The notes under the pieces were generated by a model. It searched no databases. It was given only the letters and a program-made list of their open reading frames with translations, and had not been told where the DNA came from. The translations under genes were made by a program, and so were the position numbers. From contig NC_134030.1 of NCBI RefSeq assembly GCF_964204645.1, positions 665,355 through 729,354 on the forward strand: a DNA stretch of 64,000 bases, given 5' to 3'. Below, piece after piece: positions 40,024 through 53,500 of the stretch. This DNA comes from Tubulanus polymorphus. Lineage: Eukaryota > Animalia > Nemertea. The number at the start of each line of letters is the position of its first letter. Within the stretch, counting starts at the first letter, position 1.

Positions 40024-40413
40024 TTACGATAGGTAGAACACTATATCCGTGTTGACGCGATGAGGAGAGAATCCCACAATGATAATAAAAAGTCCGAAAA
40101 TGAAACTTCGAGATAGTAGTTTATTTCAACGTTTCGACTATATCCTAATAGTCATCTTCAGGAATAACATTATTCCTGAAGATGACTATTAGGATATAGT
40201 CGAAACGTTGAATAAACTACACTAGCTCAAGGAATACAGTATTCCTGAAGATGACTATTAGGATATAGTCGAAACGTTGAATAAACTACACTAGCTCAAG
40301 GAATACAGTATTCCTGAAGATGACTATTAGGATATAGTCGAAACGTTGAAATAAACTACTATCTCGAAGTTTCATTTTCGGACTTTTTATTATCATTGTG
40401 GGATTCTCTCCTC
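40024..40413. mobile_element. Penelope-like element terminal-repeat remnant (inverted plus tandem repeats) with 13-bp TSD
   Basis: Absent from the paralogous site near 44600. TSD ATCCATATATGTA at 40011-40023 and 40414-40426. Inverted arms of about 108 bp (40059-40166 and 40309-40416). Contains hammerhead cores. Confidence 0.75.
40171..40352 (+). ncRNA. Three tandem minimal type-I hammerhead ribozyme motifs (69-bp period); a fourth, inverted copy lies at 40125-40166
   Basis: TATTC-CTGAAGA-T-GACTAT-taggat-ATAGTC-GAAAC-GTT-GAATA has the CUGANGA/GAAA core, a 6-bp stem II, a 5-bp stem I and a GUU cleavage triplet. Confidence 0.75.
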
Positions 40414-40713
40414 ATCCATATATGTACCTTATGTACCTGTGCATATATCTACAAAATTTATCAGAAGTCAATCAATTTATTCTATATCAAGTTCAGATAT
40501 AAATTCTATGAACCAAAATCAAATGTATTTACTACAAAATAAATGAATTCTAAAGTCAAGAAAGGACGTAAATCAGATATTTTTCTCATATATTAAGTTT
40601 AGCAGTAAACAGTACATTCACTCAATATACCATGAAATAATACAAGAGAGTATTAACAAACCCGTAAAATCTTTACAACCCGTATCATGCATATTGTAAA
40701 ATGCATGGATGAA

Positions 40714-42408
40714 TCAATATTTAGAATCATAAGATGGAGGAGGGGCACCGTAGTAGTTAGCTGGTGGAGGCGGTGCACCCGCTGGCGGATAGGGGGCGTT
40801 GTTTTGTGGACCACCGTACGGATTATTCGGATAGGGGGCGTTGTTCTGGGGACCGCTGTACGCATTATGCGCTGCAGCTCCCCCGTACACTACTGTTGAC
40901 GAGGCTGGTCCATTCACTGAAATGAAGTAATTTGGAAACTGATTATTTTCGGTACATACTAGTTATCATATATTAGTTAATTCTAGTGGTACCTTTTTTA
41001 AAATCCATCTGCAATTTGGCTAAAATCGATAAGAGCTTTGATTCACCCGTTTTAAATCTTTCCGTATTCACTAGTGTAATATTAGCTCTAGTTTGCTTTG
41101 CTTTGATATTTGTTTAGTTTATAATTGTTTAAATCATGTATAATACCCCGAGTTTGTTTCATACTAATTATGGTCCATTTGTTCTGGATTATGTGCGTAT
41201 ACCTCATAATTTTGTTCGAATTTCATTTGTGTTTTCATGAAGATGAATATCAAGGATAAATTCAAAATGTCAAGTAAACTCTGCGCTAGTTCGGTTTTTA
41301 TTTATTCCTTCAAAGTGCGATATTCTTTATTTTACATCATGACTGATTGATTACCTTGATTAAACATTTGCTGTCGTTTTTTGAACCAACACATACAACC
41401 AACGATCACACAAATAAGTATCACACCTGCTACCACTGCTGGTACTATAATCTTCGTTAAACTAAAGAATAAAAAGATAAAGATAAACTATTTATCTGAT
41501 AAAAACTGGCTCCAGTTCCACAGTTCAGGATCTAGTTCTGTAGGTTCAGAACTCGTAGAACTGAGTCCAGCAACTGTAGAAGTGTGTACAGAACTGTGAT
41601 GCCGAGTCCAGAACTGTGGAACTGGATCCAGAACTGTGGAACTTGATCTAGATTTATGGAACTGAGTCCAGAACTGTGGAACTGGACCCAGAACTGTGGA
41701 ACTGGATCCAGAACTGTGGAACTGGATCCAGAACTGTGGAACAAGGTCCTGACCTGGCGTCTCATATCAACCATGATTTAAACATGGTAAACATGATTCA
41801 AACATCCATTAAACTGGATCCAGAACTGTGGAACAAGGTCCTGACCTGGCGTCTCATATCAACCATGATTTAAACATGTTAAGTCAATAAATGATATATA
41901 CTTAGTTTTGCCACATTCACTTTTAGCGTTAGATGGCGCTGGTTGATTATCGATCTCATCTATTCTGTCCACTTCTCTAACGCAGCAATATTTTATCATT
42001 TTTGTATCGTCGAATATGTCTTTCCTTCCGCAACAGAATTCCCGACCAGTGCAATAATCAGCATCAAACCAGTATCCATCTTCACCGCTACCAGAACAGA
42101 ATGCCGTACATACAGTCCCTGTAAACAGACGTGAAACCCTCATTACTGCCAACCAGTCGTCATCCTGGGTTCCATTCTAAACCCCCAATTACAAAATAGG
42201 ATTGGTCTTGAATAGCCACACTGCATCCCCTCACCCACACTGCACACCCTCACTCACCCCTCACCCAATTCAGTGTCACACTCGGAATGACGTAAAACCT
42301 ACCGTTGTATCCAGTAACAGAAGATATATCCACAATCAGTATCCATACAATTAAACACACGAAATTAACTGCTAATATTCGCCGTAGTTTAACAGTGAAA
42401 TTATACAT
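40714..42408 (-). CDS. Shisa-like single-pass membrane protein, copy D (210 aa)
   Basis: Exons 42408-42303, 42118-41902, 41461-41355, 40916-40714; 633 nt open frame. Confidence 0.88.
41609..41835. repeat. 20-bp tandem repeat in intron 2 of copy D (related tracts at 25900-25990 and 28405-28626)
   Basis: (CAGAACTGTGGAACTGGATC)n. Confidence 0.85.
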
Positions 42409-43487
42409 TTTTGATCACAGATATTGTGTAGTGAGGCACTGAACACTCAGTAAGTATAGCCGCTGTAAGCAGTCGCTGATCGAGACACTGCAGCTGGTGA
42501 TATTACAGTCATACACGGTTTCTATATTTGTAATGATAAACACACGGCATGCACAAAGCGGCCTTCCATATATTCAGTGTACAAATATGGTCTTATTGTG
42601 TTTTTACCGTGTGCAATTTTTATACAAAACAAACAACGTTCAAGGGTCGACAACTGTCGACTTTTAAATAAAGTAGGACACCTATAGAAAACCGCCACAC
42701 CACACTGAAGGAGGCCGTGGAACCGGTTCACAATTTTTGTAAAAAATTATCAAGATATGAATAAAGTGACTTTCATATCTTGATACTTTATTTACAAAAA
42801 TTGACACCATTTTTGGCAACTTAGTTAGGGAAACATGATTCCACATTTAAATGCGACGATTAAAAATACAATACCGGATTCCGTAGAGAAAAGCAATGCC
42901 CTCGAAACTTCCGAACTGAAAAAATGTACACGTCTAATTATTTTTTTTTGAGTCGAGTACATGTTCAAACGATCGTAGCAGTCGATGACCTTGGATTTTT
43001 CTGCCAGGCTTGTTGTGAAGAAGCTGCTGATGACATCACGGGTATATGTTAGTACCGTTTGACTGTAACCGAAATAACCGTGAATCCTAGTTCCATTAGA
43101 TCGACAATAAATGGATACTTAGTCGTTTTCTTATAATAAGATACATTTTCATTTATTGATTTCAACAAAACAAAATATTCCACAATTTTACAATACATAC
43201 ATGATATGCATATTTATCTAAACTAACAATAAAATATAATTTTAAAGGATTTTAAGATTCATTACAAAATGTAAAATCTTCAGTCGCCGAAGGACTGAAG
43301 GAATCCCATACATGGATGCTAATAACATGGAGGCACATTCATGTGTAATTTATTTGATCATGCTGTTTATAGAAAGTCGTACAGCGACTGCATAGACTTA
43401 TGGAGGTAGGTAGCATATCTAACTGACATCACTCACATTAACTCAATACGAAATATCGTATATTGTAACTGGTATATCGTATGTTGT

Positions 43488-43739
43488 TTATTGTATAAGA
43501 CACGCTTGAGAACCTCGTTTACCCATCACGACAGACGACAACCGTCCAACCGTCTTTAAACCGACTACACGTCTGTCCTGCTGATCTGAAACAGCTGCTG
43601 GTGCTGCTGCTGCGGGCTTCACTGATGATAACATTACCACTACGGTAGCGGGTGGGGTCAAGGTCACTGTGACGTCACGTTCATCCTGGCTATGATTGGT
43701 CGATTGTTGTTGCGGTAGACTCGGTAAGCGCCGTAGACG
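43488..43739 (-). pseudogene. Duplicated 3' fragment of the NWD gene's last exon
   Basis: Near-identical to 47588-47833 (RLRRLPSL..KRGSQACLIQ*) and followed by a copy of the 3' UTR; identity stops abruptly at 43739. Confidence 0.85.
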
Positions 43740-44898
43740 GTCAAACTGCGACAGGTCGCACATCTCGCCTGTGACATGTAATCATGTGGATCGTCAGGTT
43801 GTGTATGACGTCATTTAAACAACAACCAGTCATTTAGAGATGAATTCCATTTTTGACCAACTATAAAAAATTGAAATTTACTCCGTAATGATAACTAGAA
43901 TTGATGACAGGAAACCGATATAACGATTCTTCTTCTTAAATACCCCAACAAGAACAGCCTATAATAAAATATTTGTCAGTCTCGGGTGAAGGGTTCTACA
44001 TTAAATTTCGGTGAGGGGGGACGCCCCTCATTATGTAAGGCCCTGCGTGTCTGTACCAGTATACCCGTATAGTATACGAAACCTCTGTCAGTCTCGAGAG
44101 AATGATTGTACATTACATTTCTATTGGATATAACTACATTGTATTATTGTAGTATAATACTCTTTATAGGGGCTCTTTTCTAAAAATGTCCTTGTTTTTA
44201 GTCCCAACCTGTGGTTATAGGTTATATATCAGTTGTTTCATGTCAATGAATATCAGAGACGCCAAACCGTTACATCTCACTGATCACACTGTCACATGTC
44301 ACGAATTGAATCTGCACTCAAATCAAGGAGCTTTGAGAATTAATAGTTTTATTAAGCTTTTTTATTCAAAGTTATTATTTCAACAAAACTAAAATTCAGA
44401 AGTTAGTACAATAAATATTACATTTGATACAAATATATTGAGTATAAAATCCGATGAAGTTTATGAAATTAATGACATTCAAATGACGTCATCAAATCAG
44501 TAAAATATTTATACATCTATTTTACGGCCTGAACTGATACAATGTATTTTTAATACAATATACTATATAACGTATTTACAATGTAATTATCCCGCATTAT
44601 CCATATATGTACCTTATGTACCTGTGCATATATCTACACAATTTATCAGAGGTCAATCAATTTATTCTATATAAAGTTCAGATATAAATTCTATGAACCA
44701 AAATCAAATGTATTTACTACAAAATAAATGAATTCTAAAGTCAATGAAGGACGTAAACCAGATATTTTTCTCATATATTAAGTTTAGCAGTAAACAGTAC
44801 ATTCATTCAATATACCATGAAATAATACAAGACAGTATTAACAAACCCGTAAAATCTTTACAACCCGTATCATGCATATTGTAAAATGCATGGATGAA

Positions 44899-46701
44899 TC
44901 AATGTTTAGAATCATAAGATGGAGGAGGGGCACCGTAGTAGTTAGCTGGTGGAGGTGGTGCACCCGCTGGCGGATAGGGGGCGTTGTTCTGAGGACCAAT
45001 GTACGGATTATTCGGATAGGAGGCGTTGTTCTGAGGACCCCCGTACGGATTATTCGGATAGGGGGCGTTGTTTGGAGGACCTCCATAGTAGTTTGTCGGT
45101 GGAGGTGGTGCACTCGCTGGTGGATAGGGGGCGTTGTTCTGGGGACCGCTGTATGCATTATGCGCTGGAACTCCCCCGTACACTACCGTTGACGAGGCTG
45201 GTCCATTCGCTGAAATGAAGTAATTTGGAAATTGATTATTATCGGTACATTCTAGTTAGTAATTATATATTATTTAATTCTAGTGGTACCTTTTTTTTAA
45301 ATTCATCTGCAATTTGGCTAAAATCGATAAGAGCTTTGATTCACCCGTTTTAAATCTTTCCGTATTCACTAGTGTACTATTAGCTCTAGTTTGCTTTGCT
45401 TTGATATTTGTTTAGTTTATAATTGTTTAAATCATGTATAATACCCCGAGTTTGTTTCATACTAATTATGGTCCATTTGTTGTGGATTATGTGCGTATAC
45501 CTCATAATTTTGTTCGAATTTCATTCGTGTTTTCATGAAGATGAATATCAAGGATAAATTCAAAATGTCAAGTAAACTCTGCGCTAGTTCGGATTTTATT
45601 TATTCCTTCAAAGTGCGATATTCTTTATTTTACATCATGACTGATTGATTACCTTGATTAAACATTTGCTGTCGTTTTTTGAACCAACACATACAACCAA
45701 CGATCACACAAATAAGTATCACACCTGCTACCACTGCTGGTACTATAATCTTCGTTAAACTAAAGAATAAAACGATAAGGATAAACTATTTATCTGATGA
45801 AAACAGGCTCCAGTTCCACGGTTCAGGATCTAGTTCAGGTTTGAGTCCAGCAACTGTAGAAGTGTGTACAGAACTGTGATGCCGAGTCCAGAACTGTGGA
45901 ACTGGATCCAGAACTGGGGAACAAGGTCCTGACCTGGCGTCTCATATCAACCATGATTTAAACATGTTAATTCAATAAATGATATATACTTAGTTATGCC
46001 ACATTCACTTTTAGCGTTAGATGGCGCTGGTTGATTATCGATCTCATCAATTCTGTCCACTTCTCTAACGCAGCAATATTTTATCATTGAATCGTCGAAT
46101 GTGTCTTTCCTTCCGCAACAGAATTCCCGACCAGTGCAATATTCAGCATCGAACCAGTATCCATCTTCACCGCTACCAGAACAGAATGCTGTACATTCGT
46201 TCCCTGTAAACAGTCGTGTAACCCTCATTACTGCCAACCAGTCGTCGTCCTGGGTTCCATTCTAAACCCCCCAATTACAAAATAGGATTGGTCTTGAATT
46301 TTCGCTATGGTTATGATTTATTATGATCGGGCCTTTGCAACGTACCTGTTAATGTACACAGCACCCCTCACCAACCCACACAACATACCCTCAATCAGTT
46401 ACACCTAGCACCTCCTCAACCACCCAACAACATACCTTCATCCACACACTGCATCCCCTCACCCACACACTGCATCCCCTCACCCACACACTGCATCCCC
46501 TCACCCACACACTGCATCCCCTCACCCACACTGTGCACACCCTCACTCACCCCTCACCCAATTCAGTGTCACACTCGGAATGATGTAAAACCTACCGTTG
46601 TATCCAGTAACAGAAGATATATCCACAATCAGTATCCATACAATTAAACAAACGAAATTAACTGCTAATATTCGCCGTAGTTTAACAGTGAAATTATACA
46701 T
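44899..46701 (-). CDS. Shisa-like single-pass membrane protein, copy E (245 aa)
   Basis: Exons 46701-46596, 46203-45990, 45759-45653, 45209-44899; 738 nt. Recent duplicate of D with a longer PY tail. Confidence 0.88.
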
Positions 46702-47587
46702 TTTTGATCACAGATATTGTGTAGTGAGGCACTGAACACTCAGTAAGTATAGCCGCTGTAAGCAGTCGCTGATCGAGACACTGCAGCTGGTGATATTACA
46801 GTCATACACGGTTTCTATATTTGTAATGATAAACACACGGCATGCACAAAGCGGCCTTCCATATATTCAGTGTACAAATATGGTCTCATTGACCGTCTGC
46901 AATACAAAACAAACAAAGTTCAACAGTTCACTATATTACCATTTTTGTTTACTTGAAATAAAGTAGGACACCTATAGGAAAACCGCCACACCACACTGCA
47001 GGAGGCCGTGGAAACTGAAAAAATGTACACGTCTAATTATTATTATTTTAGTCGAGTACATGTTCAAACGATCGTAGCAGTCGATGACCTTGGATTTTTC
47101 TGCCAGGCTTGTTGTGAAGGAGCTGCTGATGACATCACGGGTATATGTTAGTACCGTTTGACTGTAACCGCAATAACTGTGAATCCTAGTTCCATTAGAT
47201 CGACAATAAATGGATACTTAGTCGTTTTTTTTATAATAAGGTACATTTTCATTAATTGATTTCAACAAAACAAAATATTCCACAATTTTACAATACATAC
47301 ATGATATGCACATTTATCTAAACTAACAATAAAATATAATTTTAAAGGATTTTAAGATTCATTACAAAATGTAAAATCTTAAGTCGCCGAAGGACTGAAG
47401 GAATCCCATACATGGGTGCTAACAACATGGAGGCACATTCATGTGTAGTTTATTTGATCATGCTGTTTATAGAAAGTCGTACAGCGACTGCATAGACTAA
47501 TGGAGGTAGGTAGCATATCTGACTGACATATCTCACATTACCTCAATACGAAATATCGTATATCGTAACTGGTATGTCGTATGTTGT

Positions 47588-50500
47588 TTATTGTATAAGA
47601 CACGCTTGAGAACCTCGTTTACCCATCACGACAGACGACAATCGTCCAACCGACTTTAAACCGACTACACGCCTGTCCTGCTGATCTGAAACAGCTGCTG
47701 CTGCTGCGGGCTTCACTGATGATAACATCTCCACAACGGTAGCGGGTGGGGTCAAGGTCACTGTGACGTCACGTTCATCCTGGCTATGATTGGTCGATTG
47801 CTGTTGTTGTAGACTCGGTAAGCGCCGTAGACGCGACTGCCAGCCGTTCTGTTGCGAGTCTACAAGCGTGAACGCCATCACGCGGCCATCTTCCGAACCA
47901 ATCAGAATCGTCTGCTCGTCTTGCGCCATAACGATACAGGTGGCGCGACCGTGCACGTCTATTTCCGCTACCGTTTGATAATCCGTTAATCGCAAAGCTT
48001 GTACCGTTAATCCACCGGTGGCTATGAACAGTACGAACTTATCCTTAGCTATAATCGGTAAACCTACAGCGCCTCTATAGTCGATTTTATGAACTATTTC
48101 ATCCCGCCAGACGTCGTAAATATTCAATTCGCGATCGACGATAAATTTACCGTTAGACGAAATTCGTAAATCGTTAACGTCCGAATTCACTTTCATAAAA
48201 CGACGACATTTTTTGATGACCGCGTCACGCGACGGGTTCCAGATGAAAGCGGTTTTCGGCGCGCGCAGGTTCGGCTCGATGGCTCCGTCGACGAATTTCA
48301 GACGCGAGGAAATCTTTGCGAACACGACTAAAACCAATTCGGTGTCGACACCTAGCGGTTTGGCTTTGAGAATTTTCTCGCCGAAAATCGTAGCGTTCTC
48401 GTCGAAATCGGCGACATCTTGCTTGCAAAGTGGAAGGTGCTGATCGCCGTTGACGCCGATATCGAAAGCGTAAACGTTGGGCGTATCCCCTCTAGACAGG
48501 GTCTCCAGGACAAGGTAATCGGTATTCGTTAGAAACGGTTCGGATATCAGCTCCATACAGCCTAACGTTACAGATTTCACTCTGTTCGGTTCAGGGTATA
48601 GTTCGAGCACGTGCGCGGTGATCGACGCGGCCGAGTTGGTATTCGATGCTTTACTGATGAGAACTATTCTACTTCCGTCGTCGCTGAATATGACCTGTTC
48701 GCGTCTACACGTCAGCTTAGCCGAATAAACGATCTGATCCCGCGATAAATCCCACAGGTGGAGCCCCTCTCCTAAACTATTCGTCACCAGGAAATTGCCG
48801 TCCGGTGACATCGACACCGCCTGCTCGCCGACTATGTGTTTCAAATTCGGCGTGCCCGTTTTCAAATCTAGTGGCACCCTCTGGCGGCGCAATTCGTCCT
48901 CCGAACACGCAACGGCTGTACCAGTCGCGTCACCTTGAAGAAAGAGAGAATGAGTTCGTAAATTAACTGAATACAAGAGAATCACAATGAAGTTTCAGAC
49001 GCACAATCAGAACTACCTTCAAGTTATTAGATTGTCTTTAGAACCTATGGAGTTATACTACAAGATAGAATCAATATGGAAGCCGTGGCGGTTCAACCAG
49101 AAACATTAGGGGCCAGTTGCACACCTATGACTTAAACCTAAGACCAGTCTGAGACTATCTAAGTTCTGAGCTTATCTTATTATTTAAAATCTAAGACCTC
49201 TTTGGACTCAGACTCCCGACATACAAACTGGGTGCAAGACCGTATCACCAGCAGATACGTCTGCTATAGCTGGTCGGATGGTTACTTACCGACCATGATA
49301 TCAGTAATTGGTACATTCAACACGTGTAATCTACTATCCATTTCATCCGATATTTTATCCAGATTCCACACTTGTAAACAGTTATCGCTCGACACCGATA
49401 CGATTTTGTTGTAAAGACGAGAGGCGTGGATTTGCTGCATCGGCGCAAATGACGGCTTCAACGACCAAACCAGCGAACCTAGAAAATATATATATCTATA
49501 TATATATACAATATTACATGTTTTATATCAATATTCGAAATATTTCACCTAGGCGAATATCATTTCAGAAAATATAAGATTTTAAGTCCTTTCGTCATTT
49601 TGATAAGTCATAAACATAGCGATCGTTCATACAAAGTCTCAAACGGTCACTGTGTTATTTTTGTACGTAGATTTTTACTTTCAAAATATTTCAGTAATCT
49701 GGGATGACAACTCACAATCGATAACTCTCCATGCCAACAGGAACCCGTCTCTAAGGGCAACGATTAGAGTCTCGTTAAAGTTGAAGTCGGCCGATAGATA
49801 TTTCGATTGGGGGTCGATGAGTTTCGGAAGGGAGTTGTAAACTCTCGAACCATCTTTACTGACCACATCGACAACTCGTAACTCAGTTCCGGTCGATAGT
49901 AACACGTACGACTCATCTTTGGGCGCCATGCGGGCCATATTGACTCTACATTCTAATTCAGCTACGAACGATACTTTCTCACGGTCGGTGTACTGGTAGC
50001 GACACCTATATATAGTAGTTCTATGTTTACTCGTGTAGATTACAATGGCGTCCTTATCGCTCTGACGGATGATAATACTACAAGGCGGACGGACTTCATC
50101 CGGGACTTTAAACGTTTTGATGATTTTATAATTATCGAGGTTGTGATAGAGTATCAACGTTCCGCTGTTACACACCATTATATCACCGTCGTCGCTAAGC
50201 GCGCAGATTTTCGCCTCGTACTGAAAACGATGACGTAGTTTGCCGGAGTGAGCCTCTATTATTATCGGACCTTTCGACGTTATACCCTGCACGACCAACG
50301 CTATCTGATCACGTGATATATCCAAATGCGTAACGTCACCGCCGTATTGACGTAAATTAACGCTGACGATGAAATTCCCGATTTCGGCGTCGTAAACGCA
50401 TATCGTATCGTCCGTAGTAACGACGTAAATATTGTACGTCAAAAATGACGTATTGTAAACGTAACCCATAGCGGTACGTAGATCTTGTTGCGGTTCACCG

Positions 50501-53500
50501 CTGTCGACGTTCCAACGTCTGATCGTTGATTCGTGCGGTATTTTCAAGATGATATATTCGGTATCGGCGGTGGTGTGAATACAGTTGACGTCGACTTCGT
50601 TAGACGGATTAATGTGGGGTTCGAACACGTGTTGAAGCGGACCGCCGGGCGCCTGGTAACACTGATACGCCGGTACTAAAGCGCATTGTTTACCCGCTGC
50701 TAGGTAACACGCTTCGACTAGTCGTAATATTTTCGGATAGAGCGGACAATATTTCAGTAATCTGCCGATGATTTCCACGCACATTTTCTCCGGGTCGCGG
50801 TTGATAGTGGATTCAGCTAGCTGTAGCGTGTCGGCCAGTAGTTTAGTCTCGTCTGTAACGTGAAGCTGGAAGTCGGTGAGGATGTTATGTAGAGATGTGG
50901 CTCTCAGTTTCGAGTAGAGGAATTCATAGTTAAACAGTACTTCATCCTCCAGTTCCTCAACTCGCCCGCTCTCATTCAGGTGGTACGGTAACATGTTCAA
51001 TTTACGGAAATTGAAACGAACCGACGTCGAATTTTCGCCGTCAGAAAACCTCAACGGTTGCGACGATACTTTACGATCGGCAACGCCCTCTTGCGACTGC
51101 AATTCGAATCTGATCACGTGATTGTCGCTATAGGTGAACGGTTTTTCGCGTCCGTCGCTCCAAACGCCCAACAGATAGTCGGCGATATTCGAATGGACAA
51201 GCCGACGAAAATTCTTGTCCGCTAAATAGCGTTGACTGGTGACGTTGATGAATTCCTGATGGTACCAGTAAACGGCCAGAACCCCGTTAGCCTCTCTCTC
51301 CACCAGATACGTGTCTATATCTGAACGTATTCGTGTCCATAGCGACGGCGGAATACGTCGTATCGGTGGCAACCAGTACGTGTATATACTGTTGAGAACG
51401 TCGTCGTCAAGCGATAATAAATCTTCAACTTCCGAATCGGAAAGACCGTTACGCGAAGCGGTGATGTAGGCTAGAGCGTGTTTTACCACGTGACCGTCGT
51501 GTCTCGACTCGAGACGGTCTAATAGTTTACCGATACTGTCAGGTACAGTTGCGGCCAACGTGTCGGACATGTGAACTTTAGTGTAGGAATTCCAGTCGTA
51601 AACTTCATCGAACACAAGTTTCAGAAACAAAGGGACGCTACATTTCATAAAGGCGCAGCCGACCACGTAAACCTGATGCGACGTCAGTTGTCTGTTGTGT
51701 TCTCTCAACCACAGTTTCAATATATCCGTACATTTGATATGACTTAACGGACTCAGTTCGATGAACGTGCTCGTGTCCCGTATCTTCTCTTTCAACCGTT
51801 GCATCATGTGACTATCGTCATCGGACAGCGTCGTTACGATGACTTTCACGTTTTTGCCAAGCGACGACGGTAACCAGTCTAAACGATGAGCATTGTTACC
51901 GGGTGATAATTGATTTAAAGCGTCGAGATATAGAACGAGCGGGAAGCGGTGATCGGCGGACAGGATGTTGATGAAACGGTCCCTCAGTTGTCGGTATGTT
52001 TTCGGTACCGGTTTCGTATCGAACCCGATCGCGTTAAACTGTTCGCAAAGCGTTTGCAACAATAGATTTATATTGGAACTCTGCAGCGTCGTGCCGATCA
52101 GACGTATACAGATAGCGGCGTTCTTACTCAACCACGATGACGTCAGACGGAACGCTTTCGACGTAAACGACGTTTTACCGATTCCGGTTTGACCGTGAAC
52201 GACCAGCGGATAACGGTGATCACTCCTGACGTATTGAGCTAGTTTATTTAGTTCGTCTTTACGCGCGTGAAAATTATCGGAACGTTCCTTACACTGGATC
52301 TGATGTTTTACAATATCTTCCATTAGTGCACTGAGGTGACCCTGTCCAGCACTCTTTACACCTGCAATGGAATACAAATGGAATAATAGGGTAAAATAGT
52401 TAGGCTAGACTCGCAAGACAAGTGGTTCTGGACAATTATGTCAAGTGGATCTGGAAGGTGGGCAATGCCAAATGAATCTGGAAGGACACGACGCCTTATG
52501 GTTTTGGAAGGGGATGATACTAAGTGGGTCTGGAAGGTGGGCGATTCCAAATGGATCTGGAAGGTTGGCGATACCAAGTGAATCTGGACGGTGGGCGATT
52601 CCAAATGGATCTGGAAGGTGGGCGATACCAAGTGAATCTGGAAGGTGGGCGATTCCAAATGGATCTGGAAGGTGGGCGATTCCAAATGGATCTGGAAGGT
52701 TGGCGATACCAAGTGAATCTGGAAGGTGGGCGATGCCAAGTGGATCTGGAAGATGAGCAATGCCAAGTGGGTCTGGAAGGTGTGCGATGCCAAGTGGATC
52801 TGGAAGGAGGGCGATGCCAAGTGGATCTGGAAGGAGGGCGATGCCAAGTGGGTCTGGAAGGCGGGCGATACCTAGTGAATCTGGAAGGTGGGTGGGCGGT
52901 ACCTAGTGGGTCTGGAAGGTGGGCGATGCCAAGTGGATCTGGAAGGAGGGCGATGCCAAGTGGGTCTGGAAGGCGGGCGATACCTAGTGAATCTGGAAGG
53001 TGGGTGGGCGATACCTAGTGGGTCTGGAAGGTGGGTGGGCGATACCTAGTGGATCTGGAAGGTGGGCGATGCCAAATGCCTGTTTGAACCACTGATTAAT
53101 TGAATGAGTTGATATTGTTACCTTTATCGATGAGTTGAATGAGTTTTTCAGTGAACTGTGAACAAAAATCGTTTAGATATTCAGTCTGCGCGCGCATACC
53201 AACATTACCCGCCCACGTGACCATGTTACTGAAATTGACAAAGATCGATTACTGAACATTAGGTTGGCTCAACTGTGGTAAGACCTTACACTTTTTAAGT
53301 GAAGGACAAATTGCATCCGCCCCTTTTAAAACACCCCATCCCCCATGCACCGGGTTGTAAAGGAAACGATAGATTATCAATACAGCCGCACTGATGACTT
53401 CAAGGCGATAGATGATCATTGTTTATTGAGCACGTAATCACTGGGGAATTGTGTTTTATCCACTCTGTACCTTCCGCCTTGCAATATTGTAGCTGTAGGA

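Larger units (their letters stand above)
39241..47833. repeat. Tandem segmental duplication (units about 39241-43739 and 43830-47833), each holding one Shisa-like gene plus the NWD 3' end
   Basis: Long colinear near-identity, e.g. 39598-39804 vs 44186-44392, 42420-42590 vs 46713-46883, 42915-43739 vs 47014-47833. Confidence 0.9.

Noticed and set aside
44899-47833. Fungal-type NWD plus adjacent amyloid-motif effector pair (HET-s-like)
   Set aside because: The NWD N-terminus is a globular DUF4062-like domain, and no motif shared with the neighbours' tails was seen; the tails are Pro-rich, which disfavours amyloid.
52356-53018. ORFs of 103-164 aa with 9-aa repeats on both strands
   Set aside because: 27-bp minisatellite inside NWD intron 8; the flanking exons splice in phase without it.
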